A stretch of 64,000 nt of DNA from Pseudomonadota bacterium (GCA_040752195.1 JBFMFC010000003.1:40110-104109); one strand, 5' to 3'; shown: positions 1-9,872, counted from the stretch's first letter. The notes: a model not told the origin generated them from the sequence alone. Translations and numbers: made by a program.

Positions 1-261
1 CTCGACGGCGAGCGCTGCGCAGTCGAGCGCAGCCACGTCGGCGTCGCTCACCTGTCCCGCCGCGTACACGAGCAGCGGCCGCACGCGCTTGCCGCCGTCC
101 AGCGCTGCGTAGCGCATCGCCTGGTGCAGCCGCGTCGGAACGCAGCTCGGCGCGGGCAGCTGCAGATCCGCAGCGCGCTCGAAGCGCGCGAGCATCGACT
201 GCATCCACGCGTCGAAGGAAAGCGGGTCGGCGGCGTGCCGCACCGCCGCGGCTGCGCTCAC
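1..261 (-). CDS. ispA: farnesyl-diphosphate synthase (geranyltranstransferase), 5' part; runs off window start
   Basis: Frame not in ORF track. GTG at 261 overlaps the xseB stop (alternative ATG at 204). Translates ...PTRLHQAMRYAALDGGKRVRPLLVYA..., the polyprenyl synthase GGKRxRP motif; xseB-ispA order is conventional. Confidence 0.9.
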   Translation of the reverse strand, partial: MSAAAAVRHAADPLSFDAWMQSMLARFERAADLQLPAPSCVPTRLHQAMRYAALDGGKRVRPLLVYAAGQVSDADVAALDCAALAVE

Positions 262-515
262 TGGCCGCCGCCCCTGAGTTCGGACGGCTCGAGCGGCTTG
301 AGCAGTTCGCCGTCGAGCTTCTTGATCTCCTGCTCGGCCGCGGCGAGCTTGCCTTGGCAGTAGCGCGCCAGCTCGGCGCCGCGGCGGTACGCAGCGATCG
401 AATCGTCGAGGGCGAGATCGCCCGCTTCCATCCGGCGCACGAGCGCGTCGAGCTCGTCGAGCGCCTGTTCGAAGGTGAGTTCCGTGACAGGTTTGGGTGA
501 GGACACGCGCGCCAT
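258..515 (-). CDS. xseB: exodeoxyribonuclease VII small subunit
   Basis: LTFEQALDELDALVRRMEAGDLALDDSIAAYRRGAELARYCQGKL; start trimmed to ATG at 515 (85 aa). Confidence 0.95.
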   Translation of the reverse strand: MARVSSPKPVTELTFEQALDELDALVRRMEAGDLALDDSIAAYRRGAELARYCQGKLAAAEQEIKKLDGELLKPLEPSELRGGGQ

Positions 516-603
516 CGGCGGGAGTTCACGCAGCGAGAACCGGCGCCATTGTAGAGCAGCGTCGCGCGGCCTCCGGAGACGATCCGCTAGACTGCCGCCG
601 ACT

Positions 604-1500
604 ATGCAGTCGCTCTGGATGGTGTTCGCGTCCGCCCTGTTCTCGGTGATGGGGGCGTGCGTCAAGCTGGCTTCACAGCACTACAGCGTCGCCGAGATCG
701 TCTTTTACCGTTCAGCGATCGGCGCGGTGATCCTGTTCGCCTTCGTCCGCGCCAGCGGCGGGTCGTTGCGAACGCACGTGCCGTGGATGCACGTGAGCCG
801 CGGCGCGGTCGGCACGTTGGCGCTGGCGCTGTGGTTCTTCGCGACCACGGTGCTGCCGCTCGGCACCGCGATGACGCTGAATTTCTCGTCGCCGCTGTTC
901 CTCGCCGCGTTCGCGGTGCTGGCAGCGCTGCTCGCGGGCCGCAGCGTGCGCTGGCCGCTCGCGATCGCGGTGGCTGCGGGTTTCGTCGGCGTCGTCCTCG
1001 TGCTACAGCCGAGCTTTCGCGCCGACCAGGCGGTCGCCGGCATGGCCGGCCTCGTCTCCGGCGTGCTGTCGGCGGCCGCCTATTGGCACGTCAGGGAACT
1101 GGGCCGCCTCGGCGAACCCGAATGGCGCACGGTGTTCTATTTCTCGCTGTCGGGAGTCGCGCTGGGGCTCGCCGGCACGGTCGTCACGGGTTTCTCGTCG
1201 CATTCGTGGCGCGGCGCCGCGCTGCTCGCCGCCGTCGGCATCACCGCGACCGCAGCGCAACTCGCGATGACGCGTGCGTACGGCCGGGGACGCACGCTCC
1301 TCACCGCGAACCTGCAGTTCTCCGCGGTCGTCTTCGCGGCGCTGCTCGGCGAAGTCGTCTTTGCCGACCGCATTCCGACGGTCGGCTACCTGGGGATCGC
1401 CGTGATCGTCGCCAGCGGTGTGCTGGCCACGTTCGTTTCGGCGCGACCGGCGCATCCGGCGCCGCGCGCGCCCGTCGCCGAACCGAGCACTGAAAAGTGA
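604..1500 (+). CDS. DMT/EamA family transporter
   Basis: About 10 hydrophobic segments, two EamA-like repeats (EIVFYRS, LPLGTAMTLNFSSPLF); start trimmed to ATG 604. Confidence 0.88.
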   Translation: MQSLWMVFASALFSVMGACVKLASQHYSVAEIVFYRSAIGAVILFAFVRASGGSLRTHVPWMHVSRGAVGTLALALWFFATTVLPLGTAMTLNFSSPLFLAAFAVLAALLAGRSVRWPLAIAVAAGFVGVVLVLQPSFRADQAVAGMAGLVSGVLSAAAYWHVRELGRLGEPEWRTVFYFSLSGVALGLAGTVVTGFSSHSWRGAALLAAVGITATAAQLAMTRAYGRGRTLLTANLQFSAVVFAALLGEVVFADRIPTVGYLGIAVIVASGVLATFVSARPAHPAPRAPVAEPSTEK

Positions 1501-2348
1501 ACGCCACACTCGTCACCGTCGCCGAACTGCGGGCGCATCTCGCCGACCGCGACTGGTGCGTCGTCGACTGCCGCCACGACCTGATGGACTTCGCCGCGGG
1601 GCGGCGCGCGTACGAGGCGGGACACATCCCGGGCGCGACCTTCGCGAACCTCGAAGACGATCTGTCCGGCGACAAGACCGGCGCCAGCGGCCGCCATCCG
1701 CTGCCGAAACGCGAAGATCTCGTCGACGTGTTTCGCCGATGGGGAATCGACAACGGCACTCAGATCGTCGCCTACGACGCGCACGGCGGGCAGTTCGCCG
1801 TGCGGCTGTGGTGGCTCGCGCGCTGGCTCGGCCACGCGCGAGTCGCGGTGCTCGACGGTGGATGGCAGGCGTGGCTGGCGACGACCAACGAGTCGAGCAC
1901 GGCGCTGCCGCAACGCGCGCGCGGCACGTTCGAGGCGCGCGCGCCGCTGGTCTCCGTCGCGACCGTCGACGAAGTGGTCGCCGCATGTGACGATCCGTCG
2001 ACGCTGCTCGTCGACGCACGCGCACCGGAGCGCTTCGAAGGGCGCGTCGAGCCGATCGATCCAGTTGCCGGACACATTCCAGGCGCGGTCAACCGCTTCT
2101 GGCAGGCCAACCTCGCCGACCCGGCCGGCGGCCGACTCAAACCGCCGCAGCAGTTGCGCGCCGAGTTCGAGCAACTCCTCGCAGGCAGGGCCCCGCGGCA
2201 GATGATCGTCTACTGCGGCTCGGGCGTGACGAGCTGCCACCATCTGCTCGCGCTGGAGCATGCCGGGCTGCCCGGCGCGCGCCTGTACGTGGGCTCGTGG
2301 AGCGAGTGGATCGCGGATCCGTCCAGACCGGTGGCCAGAGGTCCTTAG
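1497..2348 (+). CDS. sseA: sulfurtransferase (tandem rhodanese; 3-mercaptopyruvate sulfurtransferase-like)
   Basis: YEAGHIPGA, GRHPLP, GHIPGA, active-site loop YCGSGVTSC, C-terminal YVGSWSEW. Confidence 0.88.
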   Translation: MNATLVTVAELRAHLADRDWCVVDCRHDLMDFAAGRRAYEAGHIPGATFANLEDDLSGDKTGASGRHPLPKREDLVDVFRRWGIDNGTQIVAYDAHGGQFAVRLWWLARWLGHARVAVLDGGWQAWLATTNESSTALPQRARGTFEARAPLVSVATVDEVVAACDDPSTLLVDARAPERFEGRVEPIDPVAGHIPGAVNRFWQANLADPAGGRLKPPQQLRAEFEQLLAGRAPRQMIVYCGSGVTSCHHLLALEHAGLPGARLYVGSWSEWIADPSRPVARGP

Positions 2349-2384
2349 CCCGACCGCGCCGCGCGCTGCGGGTTCGGCGCCCGT

Positions 2385-3164
2385 TCAGTGCGCGCGCAGC
2401 GCACCGGTGACGACGGCCGCGACCGCCACGCCGACCAGCACCAGGCCCACTTCGGGAAGCGAGCGCGCCAGCGACTGCCGGCGCATCATCTCGGGCAGCA
2501 GATCCGACAGCGCGATGTACATGAAGCTCGCCGCGGCGATCGCGAGCGCGAACGGCAGCAGCGACTGCGCGGCGTCGAGCACGAAGTAGCCGGTCACGCC
2601 GCCCGCCACGGCCGAAGCGCCGGAAAGAAGCTGAAAGACGAACGCGCGCCGCTTGGTGAAGCCGGCGTTCAGCAGGATCATGAAGTCGCCGACCTCGTGC
2701 GGAATCTCGTGCGCGAGCACCGCGAGCGTGGCGAGCACGCCGGCCGCCGGATCGAGCAGGAACGCGGCGGCGATCACCACGCCGTCGGCGAAGTTGTGAA
2801 ACGCGTCGCCGATGAGGATCGGCACCCCGCCGCGCCGCGCCTCGTGCGCGTCGTGGCCTTGGACGTGATCGTGCGCGTCGCCTTCGTGATGGTGCGTGTG
2901 ATGGATCAGCGCCATTTTTTCGAGAACGAAGAAGCCGAGCACGGCCACCAGCAGCACCCAGCCGAGTGCGGCGGGGTCGGCGCCGCTGTGGAACGACTCG
3001 GGCAGCAAATGCGTCGTTGCCACCGTCAGCAGCAGCCCGGCCGAAACGCACACGAGCTTGTCGACCAGCGACGAAAGCAGCCGGAAGCTCAATGCCGCGG
3101 CCAGCGCGATCGAACAGACGGTCGACAGGACGGTGGCGATGACGATGTAGCTCAGTGTCTGCAT
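2385..3164 (-). CDS. ZIP family divalent metal transporter
   Basis: His-rich loop HHTHHHEGDAHDH, GDAFHNFADG and AHEIPHEVGDF motifs; start trimmed to ATG 3164. Confidence 0.92.
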   Translation of the reverse strand: MQTLSYIVIATVLSTVCSIALAAALSFRLLSSLVDKLVCVSAGLLLTVATTHLLPESFHSGADPAALGWVLLVAVLGFFVLEKMALIHHTHHHEGDAHDHVQGHDAHEARRGGVPILIGDAFHNFADGVVIAAAFLLDPAAGVLATLAVLAHEIPHEVGDFMILLNAGFTKRRAFVFQLLSGASAVAGGVTGYFVLDAAQSLLPFALAIAAASFMYIALSDLLPEMMRRQSLARSLPEVGLVLVGVAVAAVVTGALRAH

Positions 3165-3261
3165 GGTCCTGGTTCGGCGCGGCAAAACAAAGGGGCGCGG
3201 CAATCGCCGCACCCCGCGGGTACTGCAACCAGTGTAGCGGGCTCGTCAAGCCCCGCGTCGC

Positions 3262-4155
3262 TCAAGTCAGGCCGTACTGCCTGAACCAGGCGAGCAGTCG
3301 CTTCCAGCCGTCCTCTGCCGCTTGCTTGCGATAGCTCGGCCGGTAGTCCGCGTGGAACGCGTGCGGCGTGTCCGGATAGATGACGAACTCGCACTTCGTG
3401 TTGCCGGCGGCCTTCAGCGCTTCGCGCATCTTCTCGACAGTGTCGTTCGGGATGCCGCCGTCGGCGCCTCCGTACAGGCCGAGGATCGGCGCCTTGATCT
3501 GCGCGACGACATCGAGCGGCGTCTTGTCGCCGGCGTGATAGGCGTGCGCGACCGGCCCGTACCAGGCCACGCCGGCGGTGAGCTGCGGGTTGTGCGCGGC
3601 GTACATCCATACGATGCGCCCGCCCCAGCAGAACCCGGTTATGCCGAGCTTGCCGGCCGCACCGCCGTTCTTCGCGGCCCATGCAGCCGTCGCGTCCAGA
3701 TCGCCCATCACCTGCGCGTCGGGCACCTTGGCGACGACTTCGCTCACGAGCCTGGGGATGTCGGTGTACTTCGACGGATCGCCTTGGCGCGCGTACAACT
3801 CGGGGGCGACCGCGAGGTAGCCCTGCTTCGCGAGACGGCGGCACACGTCCTTGATGTGCTCGTGAACGCCGAAGATCTCCTGCACGACGAGCACCGTCGC
3901 GAGCCCGGTCTTGCCGGCGGGCATCGCGCGGTAGGCGGGCATCTCACCGTCCTTGGTCGGGATCTTCACTTCGCCTGCGGTCAGGCCTTGCGTGTCGGTG
4001 GTGATCATGGTCTGGGCGGCAACGGGGGTCACTGCAGCGGCAAATCCGGCCGCGAGCGAAGTCTTGACGAACCCGCGGCGGGTCAGTTCAAGCGAGGGGT
4101 TCAGGCTGTCGAGCTCTTCGCGAGCGCCGCGCACGGGCGTCTTTGCGTCGTCCAT
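3262..4155 (-). CDS. dienelactone hydrolase family protein with Tat-type signal
   Basis: VVQEIFG, nucleophile motif GFCWGG, HAF catalytic His; N-terminal TRRGFVK...[10 protein letters not shown]. Confidence 0.92.
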   Translation of the reverse strand: MDDAKTPVRGAREELDSLNPSLELTRRGFVKTSLAAGFAAAVTPVAAQTMITTDTQGLTAGEVKIPTKDGEMPAYRAMPAGKTGLATVLVVQEIFGVHEHIKDVCRRLAKQGYLAVAPELYARQGDPSKYTDIPRLVSEVVAKVPDAQVMGDLDATAAWAAKNGGAAGKLGITGFCWGGRIVWMYAAHNPQLTAGVAWYGPVAHAYHAGDKTPLDVVAQIKAPILGLYGGADGGIPNDTVEKMREALKAAGNTKCEFVIYPDTPHAFHADYRPSYRKQAAEDGWKRLLAWFRQYGLT

Positions 4156-4280
4156 GTAACCTCCTGCAGTCAGCGGGTGTTGTCGGGAAGCGGCGCGGCA
4201 GTATGCCAGCGGGCAATCGCCGAGTGGCGGCCCGAGAATCCCCCGATCCCCTGAACGGGGGGCGCGCGCGAATGCGAAAC

Positions 4281-4320
4281 GCGGAGCCGGCGCGCCGGTC
4301 GATCGGCGTGGCGGCTCCGC
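4281..4320 (-). terminator. probable intrinsic terminator downstream of dctP
   Basis: GCGGAGCCG...CGGCTCCGC perfect 9-bp outer stem, followed on the minus strand by GTTTCGCATT (weak U-tract). Confidence 0.45.
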
Positions 4321-4341
4321 GGGTGCGGGTTTACCCGGTGG

Positions 4342-5307
4342 CTACTTCAGCGCCTGCAGCTTGTCGTAGGTCGCCTTGTCCCAGGTCGCGTCCGGCCCGT
4401 TGTGCAGCTTGACCACCGCCGCGCGGAACGGCGCGCGGTCGACGCGAATCACGGTCTTGCCGCGTTTCTCGAACTCGGCGCCGAGCCTCTTCTCGATCTC
4501 GATGATCTCGCCCGTCGCACGTGCAGCGGCCTCCTTCAGCACGGCCTCGAAGATCTTCTTGTCGCCGTCGGACAGCTTGTTCCAGGTCGGGCCGCCGATG
4601 ATCGTGATCAGCGCGTCGGTGATGTGACCGGTCAGCACGATGTACTTCTGCACCTCGTAGAACTTCTTCGCTTCGATCGTCGGCAGCGGGTTCTCCTGCG
4701 CATCGACCGTGCCGTTTTGCAGCGCCAGATACACCTCGGCGAACGCGATCGGCGTCGGATTGGCGCCGACCGCGCGCGGGAACATCGTGTACAGCGGCGC
4801 GTCCGGCACGCGGATCTTCAGCCCCTTCATGTCCTCGGGCTTGTTGATCGGCTTGTTCGACGTCACGTGCCGCTCGCCGTAGTAGGTGATGGCGACGACC
4901 TTGTGGCCGCTCTTCTTCTGGTAGCCGTCGGCCAGTTCGGCGAACAGCGGGCTGGTGGAGAACGCCTTCCAGTGACTGAAGTCGCGGAACATGTACGGCG
5001 CGCCGCCGATGGCGATCGGTCCATACGTGCGGCCGGCGAAGAGCTGTCCCGTGTAGATGATGTCGACCGTGCCGAGCGTGAGTCCCTGGTTGATATCGGT
5101 CTCCTTGCCGAGCGTGGACGCCGGGAACACCTCGATCTGGTAGCGGTTGTTCGTGCGCTTGGCGATTTCGCCCGCGGCCCACAGCGCGGCCGTGTGATAC
5201 GGCTCGGACACTTCGTAGACGTGCGCGAACTTGAGCTTGGTCTGCGCCTGCGCGATTCCGGCGGCGAGCGCCAGCGCGGCGAATGTCGTGAACAGCCTGG
5301 ATCTCAT
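4342..5307 (-). CDS. dctP: TRAP transporter substrate-binding protein (DctP family)
   Basis: Signal peptide; KLKFAH, GLKIRVP, PTPIAFAEVYLALQNGTVDAQENP. Confidence 0.93.
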   Translation of the reverse strand: MRSRLFTTFAALALAAGIAQAQTKLKFAHVYEVSEPYHTAALWAAGEIAKRTNNRYQIEVFPASTLGKETDINQGLTLGTVDIIYTGQLFAGRTYGPIAIGGAPYMFRDFSHWKAFSTSPLFAELADGYQKKSGHKVVAITYYGERHVTSNKPINKPEDMKGLKIRVPDAPLYTMFPRAVGANPTPIAFAEVYLALQNGTVDAQENPLPTIEAKKFYEVQKYIVLTGHITDALITIIGGPTWNKLSDGDKKIFEAVLKEAAARATGEIIEIEKRLGAEFEKRGKTVIRVDRAPFRAAVVKLHNGPDATWDKATYDKLQALK

Positions 5308-5377
5308 CGGATGTCTCCTCCTGTGTGGCCTGCAAAAAGATCTTCCTGCCCGCCCCCGCCGACGGCGAGAAGCCGAG

Positions 5378-6937
5378 TCACATCACCGCGCCGACCTGCC
5401 ACGGCACGAACTCCTGCTGACCGTAGCCGTGCAGTTCGCTCTTGCTTCTGCGGCCCGACGCGGTCTCGAGGATCAGGTCGAAGATGCGCGCGCCGACCTC
5501 CTCGATCGTCGCCTGCCCGTCGGCGATCTCGCCGCAGTTGAGGTCGATGTCCTCCGGCTGCCGGCGCGCGAGCTCGCTGTTGGTCGCCAGCTTCAGCGAC
5601 GGCGCCGGTGCGCAGCCGTAGGCCGAGCCGCGGCCGGTCGTGAAGACGATCATGTTCGCGCCGCCCGCGACCTGGCCGGTGGCGGACACCGGGTCGTAGC
5701 CGGGCGTGTCCATGTAGACGAATCCTTTCGCGGTCACGGGCTGCGCGTACTCGTACACCTCGACCAGGTTGGTCGTCCCGCCCTTGGCAACCGCGCCGAG
5801 CGACTTCTCCAGGATCGTGGTCAGTCCGCCGGCCTTGTTGCCGGGCGACGGGTTGTTGTTCATCTCGCCGCGGTTGCGCGCGCAGTAGTCCTCCCACCAC
5901 CTGATCCGCGCGACGAGCTTCTCGCCGACCTCGCGCGTGACCGCGCGCCGCGTCAGCAGGTGCTCGGCGCCGTAGATCTCGGGCGTCTCCGACAGGATCG
6001 CGGTGCCGCCGTGCGCGACCAGCCGGTCGACCGCGTTGCCGAGCGCGGGGTTCGCGGTGATGCCCGAATAACCGTCCGAGCCGCCGCATTGCAGCCCGAG
6101 CATCAGGTGGCTCGCGGCAACGGGCTGCCGGCGAACGCGATTGACGGCCGGAAGCATCTCGCGCACGAGCGCCACGCCGCGCGTGATCGCGCTGGCGGTG
6201 CCGCCGACATCCTGCAGGTTGTACGTGCGCAGCGCGTCGCCTTCGCGCAGGTTCTGCGCGCCGAGCAAGGCGCTGACCTGGTTGGCTTCGCAGCCGAGCC
6301 CGACGACGAGCACCGCGCCGAAGTTCGCATGCCGCGCGTAACCGCCGAGCGTGCGGCGCAAAATCGTCATCGCCTCGTCCATGTCCATGCCGCAGCCCGT
6401 TCCGTGCGTCAGCGCGACGACGCCGTCGACGTTCGGGAAGTCAGCGAGCGCCTCGGGAAACACTTCGCGGCGGAAGCGGTCAGCGATCGCGCGCGCGACC
6501 GTGGCCGAGCAGTTCACCGTCGACAGGATGCCGATGTAGTTGCGCGTGGCCACGCGCCCGTCGGCGCGGACGATGCCGTCGAAAGTCGCGGGCCGCTCGA
6601 CGTACCGGGTCGGCTTGACGTCGGCGCAGAACGCATAGTCGCGCTCGAAAGCGCCGTGCTGCTCGCCGATGCCGAGGTTGTGCAGGTGGACGTGCTCGCC
6701 CGCGCGGATGTCGCGCGTGGCGAAGCCGATGATCTGGTTGTAGCGGCGCACGGCGGCGCCCGCGCGGATCGCGCGCGCCGCCACCTTGTGCCCCGCCGGC
6801 ACGAGCCCGATCACGGTGACGCCCTCGCCCGGCAACGGCGTTCCCGACACGAGCTGCCGGCGCGCGATCACGACGTCGTCGTTCGGATGAAGGCGAAGGA
6901 CGGGCGAGACTTCCGGGGCGGCGACGACTGCGGACAT
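5378..6937 (-). CDS. uxaA: UxaA/GarD family acid-sugar dehydratase (SAF + hydrolase domain)
   Basis: LRLHPNDDV, PAGHKVA, HVHLHN, RNYIGILSTVNCS, HGTGCG, GLGCE, CGGSDGYSG, TLLEKSLG-like ILEKSLG. Exact substrate not determinable. Confidence 0.88.
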   Translation of the reverse strand: MSAVVAAPEVSPVLRLHPNDDVVIARRQLVSGTPLPGEGVTVIGLVPAGHKVAARAIRAGAAVRRYNQIIGFATRDIRAGEHVHLHNLGIGEQHGAFERDYAFCADVKPTRYVERPATFDGIVRADGRVATRNYIGILSTVNCSATVARAIADRFRREVFPEALADFPNVDGVVALTHGTGCGMDMDEAMTILRRTLGGYARHANFGAVLVVGLGCEANQVSALLGAQNLREGDALRTYNLQDVGGTASAITRGVALVREMLPAVNRVRRQPVAASHLMLGLQCGGSDGYSGITANPALGNAVDRLVAHGGTAILSETPEIYGAEHLLTRRAVTREVGEKLVARIRWWEDYCARNRGEMNNNPSPGNKAGGLTTILEKSLGAVAKGGTTNLVEVYEYAQPVTAKGFVYMDTPGYDPVSATGQVAGGANMIVFTTGRGSAYGCAPAPSLKLATNSELARRQPEDIDLNCGEIADGQATIEEVGARIFDLILETASGRRSKSELHGYGQQEFVPWQVGAVM

Positions 6938-6955
6938 GTTCACACCTTTTGCGTT

Positions 6956-6986
6956 CCCTCTCGCCGGCGATGGCGAAAGGGAGAGG
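6956..6986. repeat. REP-like hairpin (CCCTCTC...GGGAGAGG family)
   Basis: CCCTCTCGCC-GGCGAT-GGCGAAAGGG-AGAGG in the dctM-uxaA spacer; resembles the elements at 10705 and 17033. Confidence 0.5.
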
Positions 6987-6991
6987 TTTCC

Positions 6992-8395
6992 TTACATCAG
7001 CACCCTGGGCAGCCACAGGCTGATCGACGGCACGTACGTCACGAGGATCAGGCTCGCCAGCAGCGGCAGCAGCCACGGCAAAATCGCCATCGTGGTGCGC
7101 TCGAACGAAAGCTTCGAAACGCGCGCGAGCACGAACAGCACGAGCCCCATCGGCGGGTGCAGCAGGCCGATCATCAGGTTCAGCACCATGACCAACCCGA
7201 AGTGCACCGGGTCGATCCCGAGCTGATGCACGATCGGCAGCAGCACCGGAACCAGGATCGTGATCGCGGCCGTGGGCTCCAGGAAGCAGCCGACGAACAG
7301 CATCAGCAGATTCGCGAGCAGCAGGAACATCCACGGATCGCTGGTGAACGCGAGCACCCATGCGGCGATCGACTCGGTCGTCCGCGTGACCGTCAGCATC
7401 CAGCCGAAGATCGACGCCGCGGCGACGATCAGCAGCACGGTCGCCGTCGTCTCGATCGTGTCCATCGACACCTTGACGAGCGTGCGCGCGCTCATCGTGC
7501 GGTACCACACCAGCCCGAGGAACAGCGCCCATACGCACGCGGCGATCGCGCCCTCGGTCGCGGTGAACACGCCCGAGGTCATCCCGCCGATCAGCAGCAC
7601 CGGCGTGAGGATCGGCAGCACCGCGTTGAAGCGGAACTTCCGGTCGGCGACCAGCAGCAGCGCCAGCGCGGCCGCGACCGCGGCGCTTGGCATCGCACCG
7701 GCCTGGGTGGCGGCCCAGATCGCCACCGGAAACGCCGCGACGATCGCAAGCTCCAGCACTGCCTTGCCGAGCTTCGCCCACTGGAACCGCGTGTCGCTGC
7801 CAAACCCGCGCGTGTGCGCGTAGTAAGCGACGGTCGCCATCATCAGCAACGCCATCACAAGCCCGGGAAGCAGGCCCGCCAGAAAGAGCGCGCCGACCGA
7901 CACGTTGGCGAACATCGCATAGATCACGAACGGCAGCGACGGCGGAATGATCGGGCCGAGCGTGGCCGACGCCGCGGTCACGCCGACCGCGAATTCGGCC
8001 GAGTAGCCGTGATCGCGCATCGCCTTGATCTCGATCGTGCCGAGCCCCGCCGCGTCGGCGATCGCCGTGCCCGACATGCCGGCGAACACCATCGACCCGA
8101 CGACGTTGACGTGGCCGAGCCCGCCTTTGAGCCAGCCGACGAGCGCGAGCGCGAAGTTGTAGATCCGGTTGGTGATACCGGCCGAGTTCATCAGGTTGCC
8201 GGCCAGCACGAAAAACGGCACCGCGAGCAGCGGAAACGAATCGATGCCGTTGACCATGCGGTGGATCACGACGAAGTCGGGCACGTTGCCCGACACCAGC
8301 ACGTAGATCAGCGACGAACCCGCCATCGCGATCGCGACGGGAACGCCCGCGCCCATCAGCGCGAGGAAGGTCAGCTTGAACCCGGCCGGTGTCAT
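6992..8395 (-). CDS. dctM: TRAP transporter large permease (DctM)
   Basis: SFPLLAVPFF, GGLGHVNV, FAGMSGTAIADAA, GPIIPPS, HPPMG; start trimmed to ATG 8395. Confidence 0.93.
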   Translation of the reverse strand: MTPAGFKLTFLALMGAGVPVAIAMAGSSLIYVLVSGNVPDFVVIHRMVNGIDSFPLLAVPFFVLAGNLMNSAGITNRIYNFALALVGWLKGGLGHVNVVGSMVFAGMSGTAIADAAGLGTIEIKAMRDHGYSAEFAVGVTAASATLGPIIPPSLPFVIYAMFANVSVGALFLAGLLPGLVMALLMMATVAYYAHTRGFGSDTRFQWAKLGKAVLELAIVAAFPVAIWAATQAGAMPSAAVAAALALLLVADRKFRFNAVLPILTPVLLIGGMTSGVFTATEGAIAACVWALFLGLVWYRTMSARTLVKVSMDTIETTATVLLIVAAASIFGWMLTVTRTTESIAAWVLAFTSDPWMFLLLANLLMLFVGCFLEPTAAITILVPVLLPIVHQLGIDPVHFGLVMVLNLMIGLLHPPMGLVLFVLARVSKLSFERTTMAILPWLLPLLASLILVTYVPSISLWLPRVLM

Positions 8396-8420
8396 CGTCG
8401 CTCCCGTCTTTCGCCCGCCG

Positions 8421-9002
8421 TCACGCGGTCGCCTCGGGGGTTTCGTGCAGTTCGGGGCGTTCGAGCACCGATGCACCGCGCCGCCAGTTGGCCAGCGCGA
8501 CCTGCGCCGCGCGCCAGGTCATCAGCGCGAAGCCGAACAGCACGACGGCATAGACGACCCCGATCGGCCAGTCGACGACCGACATCGGCTGCCCGCCGAT
8601 TCGCATCATCAGCGCCGCGGTCAGGTACACCGCGTACGCGAAGAAGGCGATCCGCACGACGTCGACGAGCGTGGCCAGCACCCGCGTCAGCGGCTTCGGC
8701 AGCACGCGGTAGAAGAAGTCGACCTGGACGTGGTTGTTCTTGCGCACCGCGATCGCCGCGCCGACGAACACCGTGCAGATCAGCAGGTAGCGCGCGATCT
8801 CCTCGGTCCACGACGCCGAATCGTTCAGCGCGTAGCGCGTGAAGAACTGCAGGAACACCACCGCGGCGAGCAGCCAGAAGAACGCGAGCGCGATCCAGTC
8901 CTCGAAGCGGTAGATCCGCAGATCGACCGGCTGGTCATGCACGTCGAACGTGCCGTCGGCTGCCAGCACGTGTTTGTCGGTCACGCCCGTCTTCTCACTC
9001 AC
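8421..9002 (-). CDS. dctQ: TRAP transporter small permease (DctQ)
   Basis: VFLQFFTRY..N.S.SWTEEIARYL and HVQVD motifs, four TM segments. Confidence 0.92.
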   Translation of the reverse strand: MSEKTGVTDKHVLAADGTFDVHDQPVDLRIYRFEDWIALAFFWLLAAVVFLQFFTRYALNDSASWTEEIARYLLICTVFVGAAIAVRKNNHVQVDFFYRVLPKPLTRVLATLVDVVRIAFFAYAVYLTAALMMRIGGQPMSVVDWPIGVVYAVVLFGFALMTWRAAQVALANWRRGASVLERPELHETPEATA

Positions 9003-9753
9003 CTCTACTCCCCCGTCCGGCGGCCCGTGAACCCGGCCCCCGGTTCCGATTGAAGCTCACCTTGAAACGCTTGGCGGCCATGTCGAGATGCCTGCGCATC
9101 GCAGCGCGCGCCGCGGCGGGATCGCCCGACTCGATCGCCGCCAGGATCGCCTCATGCTCGGCGATCGCCGCCCGCCACAGCGCCGGCGTGTCGAAGTGGT
9201 GCTCGAGTCTCAGGAACAGCGGGCCCGTCCGCTGCGCCCACAGCGTGCGCACCAGCATCGCCAGCGCGCTGTTGCCGCTCGCGTCGGCGACGCACTCGTG
9301 GAAGCGCTGATCGCCTTCGAGCGGGACGACGTTGCGCCTGCCGTCGATGCGCATCGACGCGAGCGCCGCCTTCATCTGCCGCACCTGCGCCGCGCTCGCG
9401 TGGCGCGCCGCCTGCGCCGCGCATTCGGACTCGACCAGGCGGCGCGCGTCGATCAACTCGAACGGGCCCGAGTCGGGCGGCAGCGCCGGTTTGCCGGCGC
9501 GGCCGCCGGAGCGGCGCGACTGCGCGCTCGTCACGTACACGCCGGAGCCGATGCGAACCTCGACGAAGCCCTCGACCTCGAGCGCGATCAGCGCCTCGCG
9601 CACCGACGGGCGGCTGACGCCGAGTTGTTTGGCCAGATCGCGCTCCGGCGGCAGCCGCGATCCCGGCTTGAACTCGCCGCGCCTGATCAGCGCCGCGATC
9701 TGGTCAGCGATCTGGCGGTACAGACGGCGCGGTTCGAGGGCCTGGATCGGCAT
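8995..9753 (-). CDS. GntR family (FadR subfamily) transcriptional regulator
   Basis: RLPPERDLAKQLGVSRPSVREAL winged helix, FCD domain (DQRFH, SGN, EHEAI, MRRHL). Confidence 0.93.
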   Translation of the reverse strand: MPIQALEPRRLYRQIADQIAALIRRGEFKPGSRLPPERDLAKQLGVSRPSVREALIALEVEGFVEVRIGSGVYVTSAQSRRSGGRAGKPALPPDSGPFELIDARRLVESECAAQAARHASAAQVRQMKAALASMRIDGRRNVVPLEGDQRFHECVADASGNSALAMLVRTLWAQRTGPLFLRLEHHFDTPALWRAAIAEHEAILAAIESGDPAAARAAMRRHLDMAAKRFKVSFNRNRGPGSRAAGRGSRGE

Positions 9754-9855
9754 GCGGATCGTCGTCGCTTTGACTACGTGATTCGGCCGGGTTCGCGTCG
9801 TTTTCTGGACAAGTGCCGAACGCAGCCCTTACACTGGCCGCGCTTCGCATTGGTA

Positions 9856-9872
9856 AAGTGGTCAGGCCAATT
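9856..9872. promoter_or_regulatory. putative FadR/GntR operator, copy 1
   Basis: AAGTGGTCAGGCCAATT in the divergent gntR/SDR promoter; identical 17-mer at 22580; TGGT-N3-(A/G)CCA fits FadR-subfamily operators. Confidence 0.7.

Noticed and set aside
5231-8842. 1203-aa plus-strand ORF (similar giant ORFs at 32186-34777, 39585-42356, 43548-48731, 45548-48757, 51115-53682)
   Set aside because: Antisense or off-frame shadows of well-supported genes; Arg/Ala/Gly-rich with no motifs; expected in high-GC DNA with few stop codons.
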